The notes beneath the pieces were generated by a model. The model ran no database searches and was not told the DNA's origin. It was given only the letters and a program-made list of their open reading frames with translations. A program made the translations under genes and the position numbers. From Thermoplasmata archaeon (GTDB taxonomy: Archaea; Thermoplasmatota; E2; JACPAO01; JAHFTW01), in contig JAXDQS010000003.1 of NCBI GenBank assembly GCA_034667725.1, positions 256,001 through 320,000 of the forward strand: DNA of 64,000 bases, written 5' to 3'. Of the stretch, positions 54,704 to 62,893 are shown piece after piece (positions within the stretch are counted from its first letter, which is position 1; every line of letters starts with the position of its first letter).

Positions 54704-54801
54704 GGGAGGCAGGGGGAAGTGCGGCTCCCCGTTCATAAAGCGACGCAGGCGGCTTGCTTCGGCACGAAACACCCATAGCGACCCCGCAAGTCCCCCGCCC
54801 A

Positions 54802-56448
54802 ATGGCCCCGCGCCCCGCCGTCGCGACCCCGAAGACCCCGCTGCGCGCCAAGTCGTGGCGCACCGAGGCCATCCTGCGGATGCTGGAGAACAACCTGCAC
54901 AACGCCGAGGACCCCGACAAGCTGGTCGTCTACGGCGGCACCGGGAAGGCGGCCCGCAACCCCGAGTCGCTCGCGGCCATCAAGAAGGCCCTGAAGGCGC
55001 TCGGCGACGACGAGACCCTGCTCATCCAGTCCGGCAAGCCGGTCGCGGTGTTCCCCACCTGGCCCCAGGCGCCCCGCGTCCTCATCGCCAACTCCCACCT
55101 GGTCCCGCACTGGTCGAACTGGACCGAGTTCAACCGGCTGGAGGCGGAGGGCCTCACGATGTACGGCCAGATGACGGCGGGCTCGTGGTGCTATATCGGC
55201 ACGCAGGGCATCATCCAGGGCACCTACGAGACCTTCGCCGCCGCGGCGCAGGCCCACTTCAAGGCCAGCCTTGCAGGCCGCGTCGTGCTCACCGGCGGCC
55301 TCGGCGGCATGGGCGGCGCGCAGCCGCTCGCTGTCACGATGAACGGCGGCGTCTGCCTCGCCGTCGAGGTGGACCCGGCCCGGGCGCGGCGCCGCCTCGA
55401 CGCCGGCTTCCTGGACATCATCGTCGACGACCTCGACCTTGCGCGCGACCTTGCCGAGCAGGCGGCCGCCAGCGGCACGCCGCGCAGCATCGGCCTCATC
55501 GCCAACGCGGCCGAGGCGTTCCCCGCGCTGCTGCGGGCGGGCTTCAAGCCGGACCTGGTGACCGACCAGACCTCGGCGCATGACCCGTTGAACGGCTACG
55601 TGCCCGCCGGCCTGACCATCACGGCCGCCGCCGCGCTCCGGAAGAAGTCGCCGGCCGCCTACACCAAGCGGGCCCATGCCTCGATGGCGGCGCAGGTGCA
55701 GGCGATGGTCGGCTTCGCCAAGAAGGGCAGCCACGTCTTCGACTACGGCAACAACATCCGCGAAGGCGCCCGGCTCGGCGGATTGGACCGCAAGGTGGCG
55801 TTCTCGTTCCCCGGCTTCGTGCCCGCCTACATCCGCCCGATGTTCTGCGAAGGCCGCGGGCCGTTCCGCTGGTTGAGCCTCCAGAACCGCCCCGCCGACA
55901 TCCGCCGCACCGAGGCGCTGGTGCGCGCGATGTTCCCCGACAACCGGACGCTCACGAACTGGCTCGACCTCGCCGAGAAGCACCTTCCGTGGGAAGGCCT
56001 GGCCGCCCGTGTCTGCTGGCTTGGCATGGGGGAGCGCGACCGCTTCGCCCTCGCCATCAACGACCTGGTGCGCGCTGGCGAGATCGGCCCCATCGCGGTC
56101 ACGCGCGACCACCTCGACTGCGGCAGCGTTGCCTCCCCTTACCGCGAGACCGAGGGCATGAAGGACGGCAGCGACGCCATCGCCGACTGGCCGATCCTCA
56201 ACGCCATGCTCAACGTCGCCGCCGGCGCCGACTCGGTCCACCTGCACAACGGCGGCGGCGTCGGCATCGGCTACTCCACCCACGCCGGCGTCGTCGTGGT
56301 GCTCGACGGCTCCGACCTGGCCGCCGCCAAGGCCGAACGGGTGTTCCGCGCCGACCCGGGCATGGGCATCGTGCGGCACGTGGACGCGGGCTACGACGCC
56401 GCCCGCAAAGTCGCTAAGAAGACCGGGGTCCGCACTCCGCTCATGTAA
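54802..56448 (+). CDS. hutU: Urocanate hydratase
   Basis: LVVYGGTGKAAR, MYGQMTAGSW, TDQTSAHD and RDHLDCGSVASPYRETE motifs. Confidence 0.97.
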   Translation: MAPRPAVATPKTPLRAKSWRTEAILRMLENNLHNAEDPDKLVVYGGTGKAARNPESLAAIKKALKALGDDETLLIQSGKPVAVFPTWPQAPRVLIANSHLVPHWSNWTEFNRLEAEGLTMYGQMTAGSWCYIGTQGIIQGTYETFAAAAQAHFKASLAGRVVLTGGLGGMGGAQPLAVTMNGGVCLAVEVDPARARRRLDAGFLDIIVDDLDLARDLAEQAAASGTPRSIGLIANAAEAFPALLRAGFKPDLVTDQTSAHDPLNGYVPAGLTITAAAALRKKSPAAYTKRAHASMAAQVQAMVGFAKKGSHVFDYGNNIREGARLGGLDRKVAFSFPGFVPAYIRPMFCEGRGPFRWLSLQNRPADIRRTEALVRAMFPDNRTLTNWLDLAEKHLPWEGLAARVCWLGMGERDRFALAINDLVRAGEIGPIAVTRDHLDCGSVASPYRETEGMKDGSDAIADWPILNAMLNVAAGADSVHLHNGGGVGIGYSTHAGVVVVLDGSDLAAAKAERVFRADPGMGIVRHVDAGYDAARKVAKKTGVRTPLM

Positions 56449-56452
56449 GGCC

Positions 56453-56797
56453 TCATCCCGCCGGCCGCAGCGTCTTGCCCTTCTGCTCGCGCTGCACGCC
56501 CACCGCCCACGCCGCGTACTCCTCGCTTCCCTCCACCATCCAGGCCTCGATGCACGGCAACTGGTACGGGTGGGCCTTGCGGAGGTAGCGCCGCGTCTCC
56601 TCGACCACGTCGCCCGTGGTGCGCGCCTCCAGCAGCCACTCGGTCTCCTCGCACGCCTCGCCCTCCCACATGTAGGTGGACGTGACCTCCTGCACGTGGA
56701 CGCACGCCGCCAGGCCTGACTCCGCCAGGTCGCGCGCCAGTTCGGCCGCCAGGCTGCCGTCGGCGAAGGTCGTGCGCACCAGCCACATCCGCTGCAT
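56453..56797 (-). CDS. cutA: Divalent-cation tolerance protein CutA
   Basis: LAACV, STYMWEG and HPYQLP motifs. Confidence 0.9.
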   Translation of the reverse strand: MQRMWLVRTTFADGSLAAELARDLAESGLAACVHVQEVTSTYMWEGEACEETEWLLEARTTGDVVEETRRYLRKAHPYQLPCIEAWMVEGSEEYAAWAVGVQREQKGKTLRPAG

Positions 56798-56857
56798 GGC
56801 GCCCCGGATGCTGCAAGCCAAGAAACCTTATGCCAAACCGGTTCGTGGAACAACCGC

Positions 56858-58276
56858 TTGGACATCGGCATCTACGTCGCCTTGGGCCTCCTGGCGGTGT
56901 ACCTCCTCTTCGTGTACTGGGTCATCCGCACCGGCAAGCTGGAGAAGTGGAACCTCAGCCTGATGCTCGGCGTCGTGCTGATGGTGCGCACCGAGCGCGG
57001 CCGCGGCCTCCTCACCGCCATCGCCCGCCCCCGCCGCTTCTGGAACGTCGTCGGCGACCTCGGCATCGTCCTCACCCTGGGCGGCATGCTGGTGATCACG
57101 TTCTTCTTCCTCTGGTCGGTGTGGTTCGTCCTCCAGCCCGGTTCCGGCGTGCCCGCCCTCGGCGCCTCCGAAATCCTCGTCATCCCCGGCGTCAACCCCT
57201 TCGTGCCGCTCTGGTACGGCCTCGCCGCCCTCGCCTTCACGCTCGTCGTCCACGAGGCCGGCCACGGCGTCTTGGCCCGCGCCAACGGGATGCGCGTCAA
57301 GTCCATCGGCCTCCTCATCGCCGTCGTCCCCGTCGGCGCCTTCGTCGAGCCCGACGACCTGGACCTGAAGGTCGCCAGCCGCCGCGCCCGATTGCGGGTC
57401 TTCGGCGCCGGCCCCGCCGTCAACCTCGGCTTCGCCGCCCTCGCGCTGGCCGCGTTCGCCCTCCTGGTCGGCGCCGCGACGCCCACCCCGGGCGCCCATG
57501 TGGCGCAGCTGGTGCAGGACGCGCCCAGCATGAAGGCCGGCCTCGCGGTCGGCGACACCATCGTGCTCGCCGACGCCCAGCCGGTGCGCGACTGGACCGC
57601 GTTCCAAGGCGTCCTCAACCGCTCCACGCCCGGCCAGGAGCTGCACCTCACCCTCGCCGATGGCGGCGTGCGCACCGCCACCCTGGCCAGCTACTGGGCC
57701 CAGCTCTCCAGCCGCGACAAGGACAACGTCACCGCCGGCACGCCCGCGGGCATGACGACCTGCCGCGCCCGGCTGGAGCCCGACCCCGCCACCGGCGACG
57801 AGTGCGCCACCCGCCTCCAGGCGCAGGCCTACATCGGCATCGTGCCCCTGCTGCCGCAGCACACCGCCTTCCTGTCCGACCCCTTCGTCGGCGGCGGCCG
57901 CGGCCTGCTGAACATGATGTCGCTCCCGGTGGCCGAGGTGCGCGGCAACGCCCCGTACCTCTCGACCTACCTGCCCGCGTTCCACGACGCCCCGTTCGAG
58001 CCGGCCCTGTTCTGGGGCCTGGTGTCGCTGGCGTTCTGGATCTTCTGGATCAACCTCATGGTCGGCCTCACCAACATCCTGCCGATGCTGCCCCTGGACG
58101 GCGGGCACATCTTCCGCGACGCCGTCGGCGGCGTCGTGCAGCGGTTGCGCCCAGGGCTGGCGGCCGAGACGCGGGAACGGATGGTCGGCCGGTTCGCCAC
58201 CGGCATGAGCCTGCTGATCCTGGGCGCGTTCCTGCTGCAGATCCTGGGGCCGCACCTGGTGCAGTCGTTCGTGTAG
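56858..58276 (+). CDS. Site-2 protease (M50) with PDZ domain
   Basis: HEAGH, GAFVEPD, AGPAVN and NILPMLPLDGGH motifs. Confidence 0.93.
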   Translation: MDIGIYVALGLLAVYLLFVYWVIRTGKLEKWNLSLMLGVVLMVRTERGRGLLTAIARPRRFWNVVGDLGIVLTLGGMLVITFFFLWSVWFVLQPGSGVPALGASEILVIPGVNPFVPLWYGLAALAFTLVVHEAGHGVLARANGMRVKSIGLLIAVVPVGAFVEPDDLDLKVASRRARLRVFGAGPAVNLGFAALALAAFALLVGAATPTPGAHVAQLVQDAPSMKAGLAVGDTIVLADAQPVRDWTAFQGVLNRSTPGQELHLTLADGGVRTATLASYWAQLSSRDKDNVTAGTPAGMTTCRARLEPDPATGDECATRLQAQAYIGIVPLLPQHTAFLSDPFVGGGRGLLNMMSLPVAEVRGNAPYLSTYLPAFHDAPFEPALFWGLVSLAFWIFWINLMVGLTNILPMLPLDGGHIFRDAVGGVVQRLRPGLAAETRERMVGRFATGMSLLILGAFLLQILGPHLVQSFV

Positions 58277-58343
58277 GCCGCCGTTCCCGGAAGGGCGCGG
58301 TCGAAGCCCTCTTATCAACCCAGGCCTGCGCCTCATCCCGGAC

Positions 58344-59687
58344 ATGGCCGTCTCGCTCGACCGCGTCAAGATCCCGGAGCTCCAGCCCGAGCTTCGCGTG
58401 AAGACCTACGACGAGGCCGTCCTCGGCTACTCCCGCAAGCTCGCGATCGAGGAGGCCGCGCGCTGCATCGACTGCAAGACCAAGCCCTGCACCTACGCCT
58501 GCCCCGCCCTCACGCGGGCGCCGGAGTACATCCAGGCCATCGCCGCCGGCGACTTCGACAAGTCCCTCGCCATCGCGCTCGAGACCTACCCGCTGCCCGG
58601 CACCTTGGGCCGCACCTGCTTCCACCCGTGCGAGGACTCCTGCGTCGTCGGCTTCAAGGGCGAGCCGGTCGCCATCTGCGCCCTCAAGCGCGCCGCCTTC
58701 GACTACGGCCAATGGCCCGAGATCCAGCCGCCCGCGCCCACGGGCCGCAAGGTCGCCGTCGTCGGCTCCGGCCCCGCCGGCCTCCAGGTCGCCTACGACC
58801 TTGCCCGCCAGGGCCACGCCGTCACCGTCCACGAGGCGCTGCCGAAGCTGGGCGGGATGCTCACCGTCGGCATCCCCGAATACCGCCTGCCGCGCGACGT
58901 GGTGGACCGCGAGGTCGCGAAGCTCCAGGAGTGGGGCGTGCGTTTCGAGAAGGAGTGGCGCCTTGGCGAGGGTGGGCACACGCTGGACGCCCTCCTGGCC
59001 GCCAACGACCTGGTGTTCCTCGGCGTCGGCTGCCACAGCCCGAAGGCGATCCGCGTCCCCGGCGAGGACTCCAAGGGCGTCACGCACGCCGTCGACTGGC
59101 TGCGCCGCCTGGAGCTGGGCGAGCGCCACGACCTCGCGGGCCAGCGCATCGTCATCATCGGCGGCGGCTCGACCGCGATGGACGTTGCCCGCAACGCCAT
59201 CCGGCTGGGCGCCCGCAGCGTCCACATCGTCTACCGTCGCGGTCGCCGCGAGATGACGGCTTCCCCCGAGGAGGTCGTGCAGGCGCGCGACGAGCGCATC
59301 AAGTTCCTCATGCTCGCCAACCCCGTGCGCATCGTGACGCGCGAGGACGGCAACGTCAAGGCGGTCGAGTGCATCCAGATGGAGATGGGGGCCGCCGACA
59401 AGGCCGGCCGCCGCAGCCCCGAGCCCATCCCCGAGTCCGAGTTCCTGCTGGCCGCCGACCAGGTGGTGCTCGCCGTCGGCCAGAACCCGAGCCTGCTGCA
59501 CGACGCCGTCAAGGGCCAGGTCACGCTCTCCAAGTGGGGCGACATCGTGGTGGACGCCGACTGCCGCACCAGCCACGCGCGCATCTACGCCGCCGGCGAC
59601 ATCGCCTTGGGTCCGTCGAGCATCATCGAGGCCATCGCCCAGGCCCGCAAGGCCGCCCAGTCGATGCAGCGCGCCCTTGCCCGGTGA
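58344..59687 (+). CDS. GltD/SudA-like Fe-S flavoprotein (NAD(P)-dependent oxidoreductase)
   Basis: RCIDC...C...CP, GRTCFHPCEDSC, GSGPAG, GIPEYRLP, GGGSTAMD and AAGD motifs. Confidence 0.9.
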   Translation: MAVSLDRVKIPELQPELRVKTYDEAVLGYSRKLAIEEAARCIDCKTKPCTYACPALTRAPEYIQAIAAGDFDKSLAIALETYPLPGTLGRTCFHPCEDSCVVGFKGEPVAICALKRAAFDYGQWPEIQPPAPTGRKVAVVGSGPAGLQVAYDLARQGHAVTVHEALPKLGGMLTVGIPEYRLPRDVVDREVAKLQEWGVRFEKEWRLGEGGHTLDALLAANDLVFLGVGCHSPKAIRVPGEDSKGVTHAVDWLRRLELGERHDLAGQRIVIIGGGSTAMDVARNAIRLGARSVHIVYRRGRREMTASPEEVVQARDERIKFLMLANPVRIVTREDGNVKAVECIQMEMGAADKAGRRSPEPIPESEFLLAADQVVLAVGQNPSLLHDAVKGQVTLSKWGDIVVDADCRTSHARIYAAGDIALGPSSIIEAIAQARKAAQSMQRALAR

Positions 59688-59691
59688 CCCG

Positions 59692-60039
59692 ATGCGCCTG
59701 CCCGACGTGAGCGGCCAGGTCCCGACCCACCGCATGGCCGTCGCCCGCGGCACCCTGCACGCCGACGTCGACCCCGCCCGCGTCCCCGCCGCCCAGGCCG
59801 CCGCCCTCCTGGCCGTCAAGCACGCCGCCACCCTCCAGCCGGACGCGGTGCCGTTCCAGCTCACCGACGCGTTCTGCGACGTCGCGCACGGCACCGCCAC
59901 CGTGACCGTCCAAGGCATGGCGCGGACGCCGATCGGGCACGCGGCGCTGGCGGGCGTGGCGGCGGCGCTGGTGGCGCTGGCGGGTCCTGCGGGCGAGGGC
60001 CGGATGGAGCTGGCGATCGTGCAGAACGTCGAGCACTAG
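59692..60039 (+). CDS. Degenerate MoaC-fold protein
   Basis: Collinear with MoaC (DVS...R.A.A.G; AA.LAVK; T....AL.GV.AA) but lacks the LIPLCHP, GVEMEAL and YDMCK motifs. Confidence 0.55.
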   Translation: MRLPDVSGQVPTHRMAVARGTLHADVDPARVPAAQAAALLAVKHAATLQPDAVPFQLTDAFCDVAHGTATVTVQGMARTPIGHAALAGVAAALVALAGPAGEGRMELAIVQNVEH

Positions 60040-60040
60040 G

Positions 60041-60976
60041 CTAGGATTTCCCGCCCGCTTCCTCGATCGCCCGCATCACGGTGACCGCCTGCCGCTTGAG
60101 GTCGGCCTTCACCTGGTCGTAGACCTCGACCGGCATCTCGTTGTTCTGGCGGGCCACCTCGACCTCCTTGAGGGCGGCGACCAGGGCGCGCTTCTTGCCC
60201 TCCAGCACGGGGACCGGCTCGGCCTTGGCGACCTCGACGTGGGCGGCGGTGGCGACGACCTGGCGGCGGCTGCGGGCCTGCACCATGCCGCGCGAGACCA
60301 GCAGGGCCCACAGCAGCGCGCCCAGCACCAGGGCGCCGACGAGCCACGGCAGCATCTGGCCCAAGGTCGGGGCGCCGGCAGGTGCCGTGACGGTCGTGGT
60401 GGTGGCGGTGCCGCCCGGGGCGCCGCCGGCCGGATGGAGGGTGACCCAGAAGGGCATGGGGAACGGATGCTCGGCGGAGGCGGCGTGGACCTGGATGGTG
60501 CAGGGCGCGCCGCCGGTGCAGGGGAGGGTCTGGGTGACGGGGACCGGCGTGTCGAGGGCGGCGCCGTTGGGGACGTAGAAGATGGCGATGGCCTGGGCGC
60601 CGAAGTTGGGGTTCTCCAGCTCGAAGCCGTAGGTGCGGCCGCCGAACGCCTGGTTGGTGGTCACGAACAGGGTGTGCGCGCCGGCGGTGAGGTTGAAGAC
60701 CACTTGCTGCCCGGCGTTGAAGCCGGCTTGATGGGTGGCGGTCTCGGCCCGGACGACGGCGGACCCGCGCGGGATGGGGACGAAAATCTGCTGGGCGGCG
60801 GTCAGGTTGAGCTCGATGCGCTGCTCCAGGCTGAACCCGCTGGCCGGCTCCGCCGTGGCGGTGGACGGGATGTCGCCGATGGCCCCGCGCAGCTGGTAAG
60901 GCTGGCTGAAGTCCATCTGGGCCTGGGCGGCAGGGAGCAGGACGAGGACGAGCAGCACGGTCGTCAGGACGCGCAT
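60041..60976 (-). CDS. Secreted single-pass membrane protein with cytoplasmic helical tail
   Basis: Signal peptide MRVLTTVLLVLVLLPAAQA; Thr-rich linker; TM helix; TTTTAT box about 30 nt upstream. Confidence 0.78.
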   Translation of the reverse strand: MRVLTTVLLVLVLLPAAQAQMDFSQPYQLRGAIGDIPSTATAEPASGFSLEQRIELNLTAAQQIFVPIPRGSAVVRAETATHQAGFNAGQQVVFNLTAGAHTLFVTTNQAFGGRTYGFELENPNFGAQAIAIFYVPNGAALDTPVPVTQTLPCTGGAPCTIQVHAASAEHPFPMPFWVTLHPAGGAPGGTATTTTVTAPAGAPTLGQMLPWLVGALVLGALLWALLVSRGMVQARSRRQVVATAAHVEVAKAEPVPVLEGKKRALVAALKEVEVARQNNEMPVEVYDQVKADLKRQAVTVMRAIEEAGGKS

Positions 60977-61020
60977 CGGGACGCGGCCAAGGGGGGGACC
61001 GATAAAAGGGCGGCTAGGGG

Positions 61021-61824
61021 TCAGGCGCCCAGCTCGGCCGACCGCCTGGCGGCCGCCTCGACCGCGTCCATCAGGATGGCCTGGAAGCCTTCCCGCCGCA
61101 GCACATGAAGCGCCGCGATGGCGGTGCCGCCGGGGCTCGTGACCTGGTCCTTCAAGGCGGCGGGATGCAGGTGCGAGTCCTGCGCCAGGCGGGCGGAGCC
61201 GATGACGGTCTGGACCGCGAGCCGGCTGGCCACGTCGCGCGACAGGCCGACCTTGACGCCGGCGTCGGCGAGCCCCTCGACCAGGTGGAACACGTACATC
61301 GGCCCGGTGCCGGACAGGCCCGTGACGGCGTCCATCAGCTTCTCGGGGACCTCCTCGACGACGCCGACGGCCTCGAACACGCTGCGGGCGAGGGCGAGGT
61401 GCTCGCGGGTGGCGTGGGCGCCGGGGCTCATGGCGGTGGCGCCGAGGCCGACGGTGCAGGCCAGGTTGGGCATGGTGCGCACCACCGGGAGGCCCGGGAG
61501 TGCTGCCTCGATGCGGGCGGTGGCGAAGCCGGCGGCCATCGACACCACGAGCGGGTGGCCGTCGAGCTCGGTGGCGATGCGCGGCAGCACCTCGGGCAGG
61601 ATTTGGGGCTTGACGCCGAGCAGCACGACGTCGGCGCCCGCCAGCGCCTTGCCGAGGTCGCTGCCCACCTGGAAGCCGGCCTGCTTGGCGATGGCGGCGG
61701 CGCGGTCGCGGCGGGGGTGGTAGCCGGCCACCTTGTCCTTCGTCGTCCACTTCGAGGCCAGGAGGCCGCGCACGACGGCGGTCGCCATGTTGCCGGGGCC
61801 GACGACGGCCAGGCGGCGGGTCAT
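61021..61824 (-). CDS. proC: Pyrroline-5-carboxylate reductase
   Basis: GPGNMA, VKPQ, RTMPN, TGLSGTGP and VTSPGGT motifs. Confidence 0.95.
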   Translation of the reverse strand: MTRRLAVVGPGNMATAVVRGLLASKWTTKDKVAGYHPRRDRAAAIAKQAGFQVGSDLGKALAGADVVLLGVKPQILPEVLPRIATELDGHPLVVSMAAGFATARIEAALPGLPVVRTMPNLACTVGLGATAMSPGAHATREHLALARSVFEAVGVVEEVPEKLMDAVTGLSGTGPMYVFHLVEGLADAGVKVGLSRDVASRLAVQTVIGSARLAQDSHLHPAALKDQVTSPGGTAIAALHVLRREGFQAILMDAVEAAARRSAELGA

Positions 61825-61876
61825 GCCCGGGCCATCCGGCCGGCAGGCTTGAAGCCGACCCCGCCGGTCGGAGGCC

Positions 61877-62893
61877 GTGCGGGTCTGCCTCGGCGGCACC
61901 TTCGAGCCGTTCCATGCCGGCCACCGCGCCCTGCTGCGCGCCGCCGCCGACGGCGCCACCGAACTGTTCGTCGGCATCACCGAGGGCAGCCTCGCGCACC
62001 GCGGCGACCGCGACGTGTCGCCTTGGCCCCGGCGCGCCGGCCTCGTCGAGTCGTTCCTGCGCAACGAAGGCCGGTACGCGGGCAAGCTCACCGTCCGCGC
62101 CCTCACCGACGCGCACGGGCCCGCCGCCACCGAGCCGTTCGACCGCATCGTCGTGAGCCCCGAGACCGAGCCGGGCGCGCACGCCATCAACGCCGCCCGC
62201 CGCGGCCGCGGCCTCGCGGAGCTGGAGGTCCGCGTCGTGCCGCACGTGCTGGGCGAGGACCTGCTGCCCATCGCCGCGACCGCCATCGCCGCCGGCCGCG
62301 TCGACCCGGACGGCAAGCGGCTGGCCCCGCTCCAGGTCGCCGTCGGATCCCAGAACGGCGTCAAGGTGGCCGCCGTGCGCGACGAGCTCGCCCGCCTCCT
62401 GCCGCTCACGGCCGAGGTGCGCGGCTTCGCGGTCGCAAGCGGCGTGCCCGAGCAGCCGCGCGACGGCGACACGCTGCGCGGCGCCCGCTCCCGCGCCCTC
62501 GCGGCGCGGACGGCGTGGCCCGGCTGCGACTACGCCGTCGGCATCGAGGCCGGGCTGGTGCGGTTTCCGGAGTCCGAGGGCTACCTGGAGGCGCAGGCGT
62601 GCGTCGTGCTCGACCGCGCCGGCTTCGAGACCCACGGCTGGGGACCCGCGTTCCACTACCCGGAGTGGGTGACGGAGCGGGCCTTGGCCGGCGAGATGGT
62701 GTCCACGATCTTGGGGCCCGTGGCCAACGATCCCAGGATCGGCAGCACGACGGGCGCCATCGGGTGGCTGACGGACGGCAAGATGGACCGGGTGGCGTTG
62801 TCGCGGGTGGCCGTGCTGATGGCGTTCGTGCCAAGGTTCCGGCGGAGGCTGTACGCTACGCGTCCCGCAACCCCGTCACCAGCCGCCCAATGA
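61877..62893 (+). CDS. coaD: Fused archaeal phosphopantetheine adenylyltransferase / inosine-xanthosine triphosphatase (DUF84/YjjX)
   Basis: GGTFEPFHAGH and IVVSPET, then VGSQNGVK, SGVPEQP, GIEAG and GAIGWLT motifs. Confidence 0.88.
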   Translation: MRVCLGGTFEPFHAGHRALLRAAADGATELFVGITEGSLAHRGDRDVSPWPRRAGLVESFLRNEGRYAGKLTVRALTDAHGPAATEPFDRIVVSPETEPGAHAINAARRGRGLAELEVRVVPHVLGEDLLPIAATAIAAGRVDPDGKRLAPLQVAVGSQNGVKVAAVRDELARLLPLTAEVRGFAVASGVPEQPRDGDTLRGARSRALAARTAWPGCDYAVGIEAGLVRFPESEGYLEAQACVVLDRAGFETHGWGPAFHYPEWVTERALAGEMVSTILGPVANDPRIGSTTGAIGWLTDGKMDRVALSRVAVLMAFVPRFRRRLYATRPATPSPAAQ

